Shown here piece after piece: positions 17,677 to 26,747 of a DNA stretch of 64,000 nt. Origin of the DNA: Patescibacteria group bacterium. GTDB lineage: Bacteria > Patescibacteriota > Microgenomatia > UBA8517. The stretch lies in the NCBI GenBank assembly GCA_038206135.1, contig JBBRBD010000005.1:467-64466 (forward strand). Direction: 5' to 3'. The notes under the pieces were generated by a model. It saw only the letters and a list, made by a program, of their open reading frames with translations, was not told where the DNA came from and searched no databases. Position 1 is the first letter of the stretch, and each line of letters begins with the position of its first letter. Both the position numbers and the translations under genes were made by a program.

Positions 17677-18789
17677 ATGCTTTCACTTATACCTCTGGTC
17701 CTCATTGCACTACTAACACTTTCACTTTTGGTAACGATCCATGAATTTGGACATTTTATTGCTGCAAAGCTCATTGGTGCGTGGCCAGAAGAATTCGGAA
17801 TTGGACTTCCTCCGCGTGTCTGGGGTAAAAAAATAGGGGAGACCCTTTGGTCAATTAATGCACTTCCGTTTGGTGGATTTGTGCGACTACACGGAGAGAC
17901 TGTCGACCCACATATGTCTCACCCTGAACGATCTTTTGCGAGAAAAAGTAAACTTGCACGAGCCTTTGTAGCGCTCGCTGGAATCACAATGAATTTAGTG
18001 TACGCTGTTTTTGCCTTTTCTTTAATATTTTTCATTCTCGGCGTTCCTCACGGAATAAAAGTAGAAACGGTAACTCCTGATTCTCCTGCGGCTGCAATTG
18101 GATTGAAGCAAAATGATGTCATTGAGGCAATAGATGGTCGTTCACTTTATAATTTAAGTTTTTTTGGTTTGAATGTTTCCAAGCACGCCGGACACAGTAT
18201 ATCTATTGATTATAAGGATTCAGCGACTGGTGACACCGTTAAGAAACAATTTGTTTTAAGGCAATTTGCTCCAGAAGGACAAGGACTCTTGGGTATCGCT
18301 TATAACACGGAGCCTGCGGGATACTTAGAAACCCCGGGTATTTCTCGCTTCTTCACCTCTCTTCAATATGGTGCATATCAAACATATGATTTTAGTGTTC
18401 TTATCTTGGGAGAATTTGGAAAAATGTTTTCGCAGATTTTTACAGGGCATGTTCCTCAAGGATTAACTGGTCCACTTGGAGTTGTTGGGGTTACGGCACA
18501 AGCTGCAAGCCAAGGCATTTTAGATCTTATTAATTTAACTGCTTTAATTTCAATTAACTTAGCACTTATTAACTTAGTCCCATTCCCACCACTTGATGGA
18601 TCACGAATAGTGTTTCTTATAATTGAGCAGTTTGTAGGAAGAAAGCGATTGCCTGCAATTGAGGAGAAGATTCAAACAGTTGGAATGTATCTTCTTCTTA
18701 TACTGGTTGTTTTCTTAACATTTCGTGAAGTGCCAAAGATATTTACATCTGGCTCGCTCGAAGGCTTCGTTCAAAGTTTAATAAAATAA
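17677..18789 (+). CDS. rseP: Site-2 protease (M50) with PDZ domain
   Basis: HEFGH, LPFGGFVRL, PDZ (SPAAAIGLKQND), NLVPFPPLDG. Confidence 0.92.
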   Translation: MLSLIPLVLIALLTLSLLVTIHEFGHFIAAKLIGAWPEEFGIGLPPRVWGKKIGETLWSINALPFGGFVRLHGETVDPHMSHPERSFARKSKLARAFVALAGITMNLVYAVFAFSLIFFILGVPHGIKVETVTPDSPAAAIGLKQNDVIEAIDGRSLYNLSFFGLNVSKHAGHSISIDYKDSATGDTVKKQFVLRQFAPEGQGLLGIAYNTEPAGYLETPGISRFFTSLQYGAYQTYDFSVLILGEFGKMFSQIFTGHVPQGLTGPLGVVGVTAQAASQGILDLINLTALISINLALINLVPFPPLDGSRIVFLIIEQFVGRKRLPAIEEKIQTVGMYLLLILVVFLTFREVPKIFTSGSLEGFVQSLIK

Positions 18790-18824
18790 AAAAGCGACCG
18801 CATTGCGCGGCCGCCATTTTTTTT
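18788..18824. terminator. Bidirectional intrinsic terminator
   Basis: A-tract, GCGACCGC-attgc-GCGGCCGC, T-tract. Confidence 0.7.
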
Positions 18825-18829
18825 GATAT

Positions 18830-19207
18830 CTACACTTGATATCCGCCAGAACCCCACAACTCAAGCAGTATTGTTGCAAGAAGTGCAGCAACCACACTTG
18901 CTACAACACAAATCACTATGCCGTTTAAAGTTATTGTGGTGAGCGTTTGAAATGTACCAAGAATCACAAAACTAATAACAAATGAGAATGGAACACTTTG
19001 CTTAAGAATTGACCAAGGTATCACAATTGATGTTACGAGCAGTGCCATACATAATGCGCTTGCAGCGATATGTAGACAAAGCCACAAAACTGTTTGCAGT
19101 GTTATAACAATACCCATGATTAGCGCAGTTGAAACAAGGAGGAATATGAAAAAAGTCTCGACGAAATAGAGGACCTCGTTCGCGACAGTCTTTTCTGGGA
19201 ATTTCAT
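18830..19207 (-). CDS. Orphan multi-TM membrane protein (cassette type)
   Basis: 125 aa, about 4 TM; GAAGGG SD; TTGTCT-17-TATCAT promoter; terminator. Confidence 0.65.
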   Translation of the reverse strand: MKFPEKTVANEVLYFVETFFIFLLVSTALIMGIVITLQTVLWLCLHIAASALCMALLVTSIVIPWSILKQSVPFSFVISFVILGTFQTLTTITLNGIVICVVASVVAALLATILLELWGSGGYQV

Positions 19208-19306
19208 GTAAACGTGCCCTTCTACTTACTTTACTTATTCTATTGCCAATGATACCCCATATTGCGAGGATAGACAATTATTTCCCGTGTCAGGTATACT
19301 TCATTC

Positions 19307-20512
19307 ATGCGACAAAGTACATTATTCCCCAAAACTGAAGCGAATGCGCCTAAAGATGAACAGGCCATAAATGCGAAGTTCCTCCTTCGCGCTGGGTTTA
19401 TAGATAAACTTATGGCTGGCTCCTACACACTTTTGCCTCTCGGGCGACTTGTTGAGCAAAAAATTGAGCAAATTGTTCGGGAAGAAATGAATAAAACAGG
19501 AGCCCTTGAGGTATTGCTGCCACTTTTGCATCCCAAGGAAATTTGGAATGAAACAGGACGCTGGGACAGTGCTTCTGAAGTCATGTATAAACTAGAAAAA
19601 GACAAAAAAGAATACGCACTTTCATTTACTCACGAAGAAATTATTATGGATGTAATACGAAAACATCTGACTTCATATAAGGATTTACCAATTATGCTGT
19701 ATCAATTTTCGACAAAATTTCGATCAGAACTAAGGGCAAAGTCAGGTATTTTGCGAGGACGCGAATTTTTAATGAAAGATTTATATAGCGCTCATGCAAC
19801 AGAAGAAGGTATGTGGAAATATTATTGGGAAGTGGCAGACGCTTATGTGCGGGTTTATGAAAGATTGGGATTAAAACCAATTATTACAGAAGCCTCCGGA
19901 GGTGTATTTACAGACAACAAAACACACGAGTTTCAAATTGAATCGAGTGTCGGGGAAGACACTATTTATATGGCAGATGGTTGGAAATATGCAAAAAATG
20001 ATGAAGTTATGACTGATGAGGACAGAAATGCCCCTAATTTAAGAACAATTACCTCAATTGAAGCAGGCAACATTTTCCCTTTTGGACCACAGAAATATGC
20101 TGAAAAAATGAATGGAATGTTTACTGATTCAGATGGCGTGAAGAAGCCTGTTTGGTTCGCAAGTTATGGAATTGGAATTACTCGTTTGATGGGAATTCTA
20201 GTTGAAGTTTCACACGATGAACGAGGGATTATTTGGCCTGAGGCTGCGGCTCCTTTTTCTGTTCACTTGATTGAAATTGGAGAAGGAAAGGGTAAAGCAG
20301 TATATGAAAAATTAGTTTCTCAGGATATTGAAGTCTTGTATGACGATCGTGATATGGGCGCCGGATCGAAATTTGCAGATTCCGATTTAATTGGAATTCC
20401 AGTGCGGTTAGTGGTTTCAGAGAAAACAAACGGTAAAATTGAATGGAAAAAAAGAAATAGTCAGATAACAGAACTGATAGATGAGGAAGAACTTCTAAAA
20501 AGATTAAAGTAA
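19307..20512 (+). CDS. proS: Prolyl-tRNA synthetase, short form lacking the editing insertion
   Basis: LLRAGFI, FTHEE, KFRSELRAKSGILRGREFLMKDLYS, ASYGIGITR, anticodon domain KFADSDLIGIP. Confidence 0.95.
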   Translation: MRQSTLFPKTEANAPKDEQAINAKFLLRAGFIDKLMAGSYTLLPLGRLVEQKIEQIVREEMNKTGALEVLLPLLHPKEIWNETGRWDSASEVMYKLEKDKKEYALSFTHEEIIMDVIRKHLTSYKDLPIMLYQFSTKFRSELRAKSGILRGREFLMKDLYSAHATEEGMWKYYWEVADAYVRVYERLGLKPIITEASGGVFTDNKTHEFQIESSVGEDTIYMADGWKYAKNDEVMTDEDRNAPNLRTITSIEAGNIFPFGPQKYAEKMNGMFTDSDGVKKPVWFASYGIGITRLMGILVEVSHDERGIIWPEAAAPFSVHLIEIGEGKGKAVYEKLVSQDIEVLYDDRDMGAGSKFADSDLIGIPVRLVVSEKTNGKIEWKKRNSQITELIDEEELLKRLK

Positions 20513-20522
20513 CGCTTCAAGC

Positions 20523-20551
20523 TTGAATTCCAACCTATAGGCCTGTATACT
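20523..20551 (+). promoter_or_regulatory. Sigma70-type promoter
   Basis: TTGAAT-N17-TATACT. Confidence 0.55.
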
Positions 20552-20596
20552 GTGCAACGACCGGATATTGTTTACTAGTTAGTGGAGTACTTTAAA

Positions 20597-21646
20597 ATGG
20601 TTCAACGTATTGTTGTTATTGGTGGGGGCGGTGGAGCTTCTACGCTCTTGAGGCTCTTAAAAACATACGAAAACTTGCATTTAACTGGTTTACCCGTCAT
20701 GTTCGATAGCGGTGGTTCAACCGGAAAAGTTTCTCAAGAACATGGTTTGAGACCAGTTAGTGATGTTTTAAATCAAATTTTGGCACTAGTGCCTGACGGA
20801 TACTCTGAACTACAACGAGCGGCGAGAGCCCTTTTGGGATATCGGTTCGACGAAGGTATTGTTCGAGGCCGTCGAGTCGATAATTATATGGTTGTTGCCT
20901 TGACACGTGCATTTGGTTCTGAGGAACTTGCAATTAAGGCGCTCTGCAACCTGTTTCAGATTGTAGGTGAAGTTCACCCTGTCTCATTTTCACCATCTAA
21001 CTTGGTCGCTCGATATGCTGTTCCTAATCATCAGGCCGAGGATTATGAAGTTATTGGGGAGAGTGATATTGACTCAGCGAAAAAGAAATTCCAGTTACGG
21101 TATCCAATTTCATACCTGGGGCTTGATTCTGAGCCGCTTGCCAATCTTTCAGCCGTGGACGCAATCTTGAATGCCGATAAGGTGATTCTTGGCCCTGGGA
21201 GTCTATACACAAGCTTGTTACCAAACCTCCTGATTGGACAAATCCGTGATGCTTTAGTAAAGACTAAGGCAAAGCTCTTGGTACCAATTAACTTGATGAC
21301 TCAGGCGGGACAAACATCCCATCAAGGCAAGGATGGAGACTGGAAGTATTGGTATGTTCATCAACATGTATATGAGATTTTGAAGTATCTAAATGGTGGA
21401 CGCAAAATTGACGGAATTTTTGTACATGACCATGAAGAATTCCCGTTTTCACCAGATGTACTGATGCGCTATCGCGCTTCTGGGAGTGGGCCCGTCTTTT
21501 TAGACTCTGCATTTGACATGGGAATTCCACTGTCACGGGGCAATTATGCGGATCCGTCTGAACAGTTGTCAGGTAAGTCTGATAGAACGCAGAGATCATT
21601 TGTTCGAAATTCTCGGGCGTTGACAGATGCTCTGTTGTCAGTTTAA
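20597..21646 (+). CDS. YvcK/GlmR (CofD-like, UPF0052) family protein, divergent
   Basis: IVVIGGGGG, DSGGSTG, IGESDID, ADKVILGPGSLYTSLLPNL, NLMTQAGQT. Confidence 0.88.
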   Translation: MVQRIVVIGGGGGASTLLRLLKTYENLHLTGLPVMFDSGGSTGKVSQEHGLRPVSDVLNQILALVPDGYSELQRAARALLGYRFDEGIVRGRRVDNYMVVALTRAFGSEELAIKALCNLFQIVGEVHPVSFSPSNLVARYAVPNHQAEDYEVIGESDIDSAKKKFQLRYPISYLGLDSEPLANLSAVDAILNADKVILGPGSLYTSLLPNLLIGQIRDALVKTKAKLLVPINLMTQAGQTSHQGKDGDWKYWYVHQHVYEILKYLNGGRKIDGIFVHDHEEFPFSPDVLMRYRASGSGPVFLDSAFDMGIPLSRGNYADPSEQLSGKSDRTQRSFVRNSRALTDALLSV

Positions 21647-21652
21647 AAAAGT

Positions 21653-21683
21653 GGCGGTGTTTTTATACACCGCCTTTCTTTTT
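21653..21683 (+). terminator. Intrinsic terminator
   Basis: GGCGGTGT-ttttat-ACACCGCC then TTTCTTTTT. Confidence 0.75.
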
Positions 21684-21697
21684 GCTATAATACGCGC

Positions 21698-22039
21698 ATG
21701 GAGGATTGTATCTTTTGTAAAATTGTTAGGAAAGACGCTCCTGCAACAATTGTTTTTGAGAATGACTTGGTACTAGCATTTAATAGTATTTCGCCAGTTT
21801 CAGAAATTCATGTCTTAATTGTTCCCAAAAGCCATATTGAAAGCTTTTTAGATGTGGTTGATTACAACGACATGGTTGACGTGACTAAAGCCGCACAAGA
21901 AATAGTGCAAAAATTAAAAATTGAGAATGGGTATAAACTTGTCATAAATGGGGGAAAGTATCAGGCTGTAAAACACCTTCATTTGCACTTATTGGGAGGC
22001 AAATTAGAAGACGAGAAAGATGTGTTAAATAACACTTAA
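21698..22039 (+). CDS. HIT-family nucleotide hydrolase
   Basis: DCIFCKIV, HVLIVPK, HLHLHLLGG. Confidence 0.93.
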   Translation: MEDCIFCKIVRKDAPATIVFENDLVLAFNSISPVSEIHVLIVPKSHIESFLDVVDYNDMVDVTKAAQEIVQKLKIENGYKLVINGGKYQAVKHLHLHLLGGKLEDEKDVLNNT

Positions 22040-22044
22040 ATAAT

Positions 22045-22473
22045 ATGTTAATTGAAACTATAAATAAACAAATCATTGTCGCTATGAAGGCGCATGAGTC
22101 AACACGTCTCGAAACAATGCGTATGCTTTCTGCTGCATTAAAGTATGCACAAATCGACAAGATGCGTGTCTTAACTTCTGATGAAGAATTAGATGTTGTA
22201 AGAAAAGAAGCAAAGAAGCGTAATGATGCAATTGAAATGTATATGAAAGCCAATGAGACTGAGCGAGCAAATCAAGAAAAGTCTGAGCTTGAAATTTTGA
22301 AAGAATTTATGCCAGCGGCACTTTCATTAAGTGAACTTGAGAGTTTAATTGATCAAGCGATAGGCGAAGAAGGCAAAGACTTTGGAAAAGTTATGAAGTC
22401 TGTTATGCAAAAAACTAAAGGCTCTGCAGATGGAAAGCAGATGAGCGAACTGGTAAGGGCAAAAATCGTATGA
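22045..22473 (+). CDS. yqeY: GatB/YqeY domain protein
   Basis: AMKAHE..RL..MRML, KEAKKRNDAI, E..ILKEFMP, GKVM, ADGK. Confidence 0.9.
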   Translation: MLIETINKQIIVAMKAHESTRLETMRMLSAALKYAQIDKMRVLTSDEELDVVRKEAKKRNDAIEMYMKANETERANQEKSELEILKEFMPAALSLSELESLIDQAIGEEGKDFGKVMKSVMQKTKGSADGKQMSELVRAKIV

Positions 22474-22868
22474 TAACTGTTGTTGTGAGCAAACAAATTC
22501 AATGCCCAGTTCGTGCTATTGAAGTAAAAAAACGCGTAACTAAAGTATTTAAAGATAACGGTATTGTGTCCGATGCAGAAGCCGAAGTGGCAATAGTTGA
22601 CGCTGAAACGATGCTCAAATATGTTGAAGAATATCTGCACGAGACAGGTCCCAAAGCAAAATCTCACCCAGTACTTTCATTTGTGCAAACAGAACTAGAA
22701 GGGCCATTTCAGTTTCCACCAGATAATATTCTTCACTTAGGTGAAATAATTGTTAGTTACCCGCATGCATTGGAAGACTCAAAGCATCACAATAAAACCG
22801 TAACCGATGCAGTCTCAGATCTTGCGGAACATGCAGCACTTCATTTACTCGGTATTCACCACAAATAA
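22470..22868 (+). CDS. ybeY: rRNA maturation endoribonuclease YbeY
   Basis: PVLSF, LGEIIVS, HAALHLLGIHH zinc motif; context after yqeY. Confidence 0.85.
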   Translation: MITVVVSKQIQCPVRAIEVKKRVTKVFKDNGIVSDAEAEVAIVDAETMLKYVEEYLHETGPKAKSHPVLSFVQTELEGPFQFPPDNILHLGEIIVSYPHALEDSKHHNKTVTDAVSDLAEHAALHLLGIHHK

Positions 22869-22873
22869 CTAAT

Positions 22874-22902
22874 AAAAAACACCTAGGGTTTATAGGTGTT
22901 TT
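22874..22902. terminator. Bidirectional intrinsic terminator
   Basis: AAAACACCTA-N7-TAGGTGTTTT. Confidence 0.65.
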
Positions 22903-22927
22903 GCTTTGTTCCCGGCCTCCTTATAAA

Positions 22928-23344
22928 TTAGGCAAGGGTTAACATTTCGTCGATTGATGTAATAATGATTTCAATCTTATTTGGATCACCGACCTTCGTC
23001 GACGGGGAAATTAACGTGAACCCGATCATTCCGAATTGTGTTAATGAACCACTTTCAATTGCCTTTTTGCAGCTCGCAGAAATATCTTCCATAAGATACC
23101 TGGTGCTCAATGTTAGAACATCCCTGACACCAGCAATTATGTCGAGAACTTCATTTCCCGAATCAATGAGTTATTGGGCTTGAGTTTGGAAAAGGTGATA
23201 TAACTCAGCTACATCAGCATTGGAGTGTGTCTGAACAGCTCTGCCTCTGGCAACATCCATTATCTTTTGATCTTTATTGACCCGATCATTGATATCCACA
23301 AGTTTTTCGCGTAACTTCTGCATTGTCGCTCGATCTAAAGTCAT
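22928..23344 (-). pseudogene. Orphan cassette gene interrupted by one in-frame TAA (23171-23173)
   Basis: ORFs 23171-23476 and 22928-23110 share a frame and the 60 nt between them are open; ATG 23344 has an AAAGGGG SD and a TTGATA-17-TATACT promoter. Confidence 0.65.
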
Positions 23345-23474
23345 TTTTAAGACCCCTTTAACATATATCTCGACTATAGATAGTATAGTATCAAAACAAC
23401 AGAATATCAAGCTATGGGTTGATTTAATTGTTCCCTTTTTAAACTTCTTAAACAGTGATACTCTGTACAAACTC

Positions 23475-24986
23475 ATGACTTACTATTTAAAGTATCGACC
23501 GCAAACTATTGCTGAGCTTGATTTAGTAAGTGCTCGTGAAACTTTGATGCATCTGATTGCAAAAGAAAGCTTGCCTCATGCATTTTTGTTTACGGGGCCT
23601 CGTGGAACGGGGAAAACTTCAGCAGCTCGGATACTTGCAAAAGCCATAAACTGTGAACACAAAGAAGCTGGAAGCAATGAGCCTTGCAATGTATGTGAAA
23701 CCTGCCGCGCTATCACAAAAGGCACGCACATTGATGTTATTGAGATGGATGCGGCAAGTAATCGCGGCATTGATGAGATTAGAGCCCTAAAACAGGACAT
23801 TATGCTGGCACCGGCACTTTTAAAAAAGAAAGTGTACATTATTGATGAAGTACACATGTTAACCACAGAAGCTGCTAATGCACTCTTGAAAACACTTGAG
23901 GAGCCACCAGAACATGTGGTGTTTATTCTCGCGACAACTGATCCACAAAAACTTCCACAAACCGTTGTCTCCAGGCTTTCTATTGTGCAGTTCTACAAAG
24001 CTTCTGAAACAGAAGTTACCGAAAAATTGAAAAAAATTGTTGCTGAGGAAAAACTAACCGTAGAACCTGAAGTATATTCTGCAATTTCTAATATTGCGGA
24101 TGGTTCTTTTCGAGACGCAGTGAAGCTACTGGAAGAATTTGCGCTTAAAAGCCCGACAATAACGCTTGATAGTATTCAAAATCAGCTACACACGGGAAGC
24201 AACCAATCACACGAGTTATTCTTAAAGTTAAACAAAGAAGGACTTGAATCTACAATGCAGCTAATTGCTGAACTCACAAAACAAGGGGTAGATGGAAAAG
24301 CGTTTTTAAACTCGTTCATAGATGAAGTGCATGGTGCACTTTTGAAAAGCGTTATAAATGGGGAAAAGTCAGCAATCTCAGAATCGGATTGCGTGAATCT
24401 TTTAGAACTTTTACTTGAAGCAAAGTCGAGGATGATGTTTTCAACAAACGATTTTCTTCCCTTAGAAATTGCATTAATAAAATTTAAGACTGATAAACAT
24501 AAAGTTCCGGAAAAAAAAGTTGAAACCCTGCCCTATGTAAAAACTGTTCCTCTGGAAACAAAAGTTGAAGTTCAACCTTTAGTTTCTGCGACAAGTTCTG
24601 CTCCCGAGAAAACTGATGTAGTTGCATCTCCTCCGATTACTTTTCAAAGTAAAGACCTCGTCGACATTGATACATGGGGGAGAATTTTATTGCTGATGCG
24701 AGAAAGAAATGCAAGTATAGAAGCGCTTCTTCGTGCTACAAAACCGCGCGCATTCGATGGCTCAAACCTAAAGCTGGGGGTATATTTTCAATTTCACAAG
24801 GAACGACTCGAAATGCCAGCAACTAAAATTCTCCTTGAAGAAGTATTGTCTGGCGTGTTTGGCGGGACAGTAGTTGTCCAATTTGCGCTCGAGGATCCAC
24901 CACCGAAGCCACAAGACGAAGTGAGTTTGCAGGAAACCGGTGCGCCTGATATTATTAACGCTGCAAAGGAAATATTTGGTAATTAA
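23475..24986 (+). CDS. dnaX: DNA polymerase III subunits gamma/tau
   Basis: YLKYRPQ, GPRGTGKTS, PCNVCETC, EMDAASNRGID, IIDEVHML, NALLKTLEEPP; start at MTYYLKYRP. Confidence 0.96.
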   Translation: MTYYLKYRPQTIAELDLVSARETLMHLIAKESLPHAFLFTGPRGTGKTSAARILAKAINCEHKEAGSNEPCNVCETCRAITKGTHIDVIEMDAASNRGIDEIRALKQDIMLAPALLKKKVYIIDEVHMLTTEAANALLKTLEEPPEHVVFILATTDPQKLPQTVVSRLSIVQFYKASETEVTEKLKKIVAEEKLTVEPEVYSAISNIADGSFRDAVKLLEEFALKSPTITLDSIQNQLHTGSNQSHELFLKLNKEGLESTMQLIAELTKQGVDGKAFLNSFIDEVHGALLKSVINGEKSAISESDCVNLLELLLEAKSRMMFSTNDFLPLEIALIKFKTDKHKVPEKKVETLPYVKTVPLETKVEVQPLVSATSSAPEKTDVVASPPITFQSKDLVDIDTWGRILLLMRERNASIEALLRATKPRAFDGSNLKLGVYFQFHKERLEMPATKILLEEVLSGVFGGTVVVQFALEDPPPKPQDEVSLQETGAPDIINAAKEIFGN

Positions 24987-25009
24987 CTTTTTCTTAAACT
25001 TATATACAT

Positions 25010-25294
25010 ATGTTCGATAAACTTAAACAAGGCAAACAATTATTGGAACTTCGAAGCCAAGCTGCAAAAATGCAAAAGAAATTAGCCGAACTGACAGAGT
25101 CCGTCGAAAAGGGTGATTATCATGTAAAAGTTTCAGCAGATCAAAAAGTGCAGTTTATCTCAAAAAACGGTGAGCGATTGGAAGAACTTGAAAAAGCAAT
25201 TAACCAAGCATTCGAAGCTGTTCAAAAGAAAGCCGCTCAAAAAATGCTTGAAGAAGAAGGTCTCTCTGGACTTCTTGGAAAGCTTGGACAATAA
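25010..25294 (+). CDS. ybaB: YbaB/EbfC nucleoid-associated protein
   Basis: Q..KMQKKL N-terminus, AINQAF; position between dnaX and recR. Confidence 0.75.
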   Translation: MFDKLKQGKQLLELRSQAAKMQKKLAELTESVEKGDYHVKVSADQKVQFISKNGERLEELEKAINQAFEAVQKKAAQKMLEEEGLSGLLGKLGQ

Positions 25295-25332
25295 GTACTT
25301 ACTTCATATTCAGTTTTCATTTAAAATGAATA

Positions 25333-26718
25333 ATGCCTGTTAGAAAAATATTTAATTCTATTCGTGTTTTTGTTTTTTTAGGCGGTTTAGTTGCTGGTAC
25401 ACTCGTTATTAGGCAGCAGATTAGTTTAAATTCACATGCCTCTGGCACACCGGCGAGTCTTGTGTATGATTTTGGGGCAACTTCATCCGCAAAAAATAGT
25501 TGGCAGTTTTTGTCTCAAGGAGGGGAAGAGAGAAATCCTCATTCATTGTCTCCAGTCGTTTCTCAAGTTCAGTCAATTCATCCTCAGTATATTCGTATCG
25601 ATCACATATATGACTTTTTTTCAATTGTTTCAAAAAACACACAAGGGGCTCTGGCCTACAACTGGTCGGACTTTGATACATACATTCAAGACATTTTGAA
25701 AACAGGAGCTAAACCATTTTTGTCACTTTCCTACGCTCCAACTGCCCTTGCGGATCACGATGTTGATATGCCAAATCTTCCGCTTTGGACACAGATTGTG
25801 AAAGCAACGATTGAGCATATTAGTGGAAAAAACAACTTGGGAGTTTCTGATGTGTATTACGAGGTGTGGAATGAGCCTGATTTATTTGGCCAATTTAAGG
25901 TGTATCCACCAAAAGATTATGGCGACTTATATAAAGCAAGTAGCGTTGGGGCACAGAGTGCACAAAACGTTCTAGCCTTTAAGCTTGGAGGTCCTGCGAC
26001 AACAGGCTTATATAAAAACTGGTTTGATGCACTGGCAAATCTCTCTAAAACGCAAAAGACTCGCTTTGATTTCTTTAGTTGGCATGTGTATGGACAAGAC
26101 ACGACTACTTTGTCACAAAATATTTCTGATGTTTTGGCTTGGAAAAAAGAAGCAAACCTTCCAAACTTAGAATTATATGTAACTGAAAATGGCATTGATG
26201 CTGCAAATAACACTGCATATGATGGCAGCTTGGGTGCATTCCACACTTTTTCAGCTGTGGCAACTTCAGCTGACAAACTAGATGGTCTATTCTCGTTCGA
26301 GATAAAAGATGGAGCTGGTCCTAATCAGTACTGGGGCAGGTGGGGGTTATTTACTCATGAAAAGTTTGGTACTCCTGTTCCGAAGCCGCGATACCGCGCA
26401 CTAGAATTTTTGAATAACATGAACAAGGGAAGTCAACTTCCAGTTACCGGAAATGGAAGTTACGTGTCGTCATTCGCTCGGGTTGACGGAACGACAACAC
26501 GCATTTTTGTCGTAAATTATGACCCAGACGGTAAACACGTAGAAGCAGTTCCTATGCATTTTAGTGGAATTACTGCCAAACGGTTTTTGTTTACTCGCCG
26601 CGACTATCAAGGAAAAAGTACACCACTGCTGGTAATTCCAACAAACGGTGTGTGGGATACAGTTCAATATTTCCCGGTAAATTCTGCTGCAATATTTGAG
26701 ATAACGCCTCAAAGTTAA
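25333..26718 (+). CDS. Secreted or anchored clan GH-A glycoside hydrolase (GH39-like)
   Basis: N-terminal TM, YYEVWNEPD (acid/base), LGGPA, FFSWHVY, LYVTENG (nucleophile). Confidence 0.75.
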   Translation: MPVRKIFNSIRVFVFLGGLVAGTLVIRQQISLNSHASGTPASLVYDFGATSSAKNSWQFLSQGGEERNPHSLSPVVSQVQSIHPQYIRIDHIYDFFSIVSKNTQGALAYNWSDFDTYIQDILKTGAKPFLSLSYAPTALADHDVDMPNLPLWTQIVKATIEHISGKNNLGVSDVYYEVWNEPDLFGQFKVYPPKDYGDLYKASSVGAQSAQNVLAFKLGGPATTGLYKNWFDALANLSKTQKTRFDFFSWHVYGQDTTTLSQNISDVLAWKKEANLPNLELYVTENGIDAANNTAYDGSLGAFHTFSAVATSADKLDGLFSFEIKDGAGPNQYWGRWGLFTHEKFGTPVPKPRYRALEFLNNMNKGSQLPVTGNGSYVSSFARVDGTTTRIFVVNYDPDGKHVEAVPMHFSGITAKRFLFTRRDYQGKSTPLLVIPTNGVWDTVQYFPVNSAAIFEITPQS

Positions 26719-26747
26719 ACTTCTTAAATGTCTGGTACAATGAGCAG

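Noticed and set aside
23171-23173. Stop-codon reassignment or alternative genetic code
   Set aside because: TAA, TAG and TGA all end well-conserved genes at the expected positions; this is one isolated in-frame TAA.
23277-23474. N-terminal extension of DnaX in the ORF track
   Set aside because: It overlaps the opposite-strand cassette; DnaX homology begins at MTYYLKYRP (23475).
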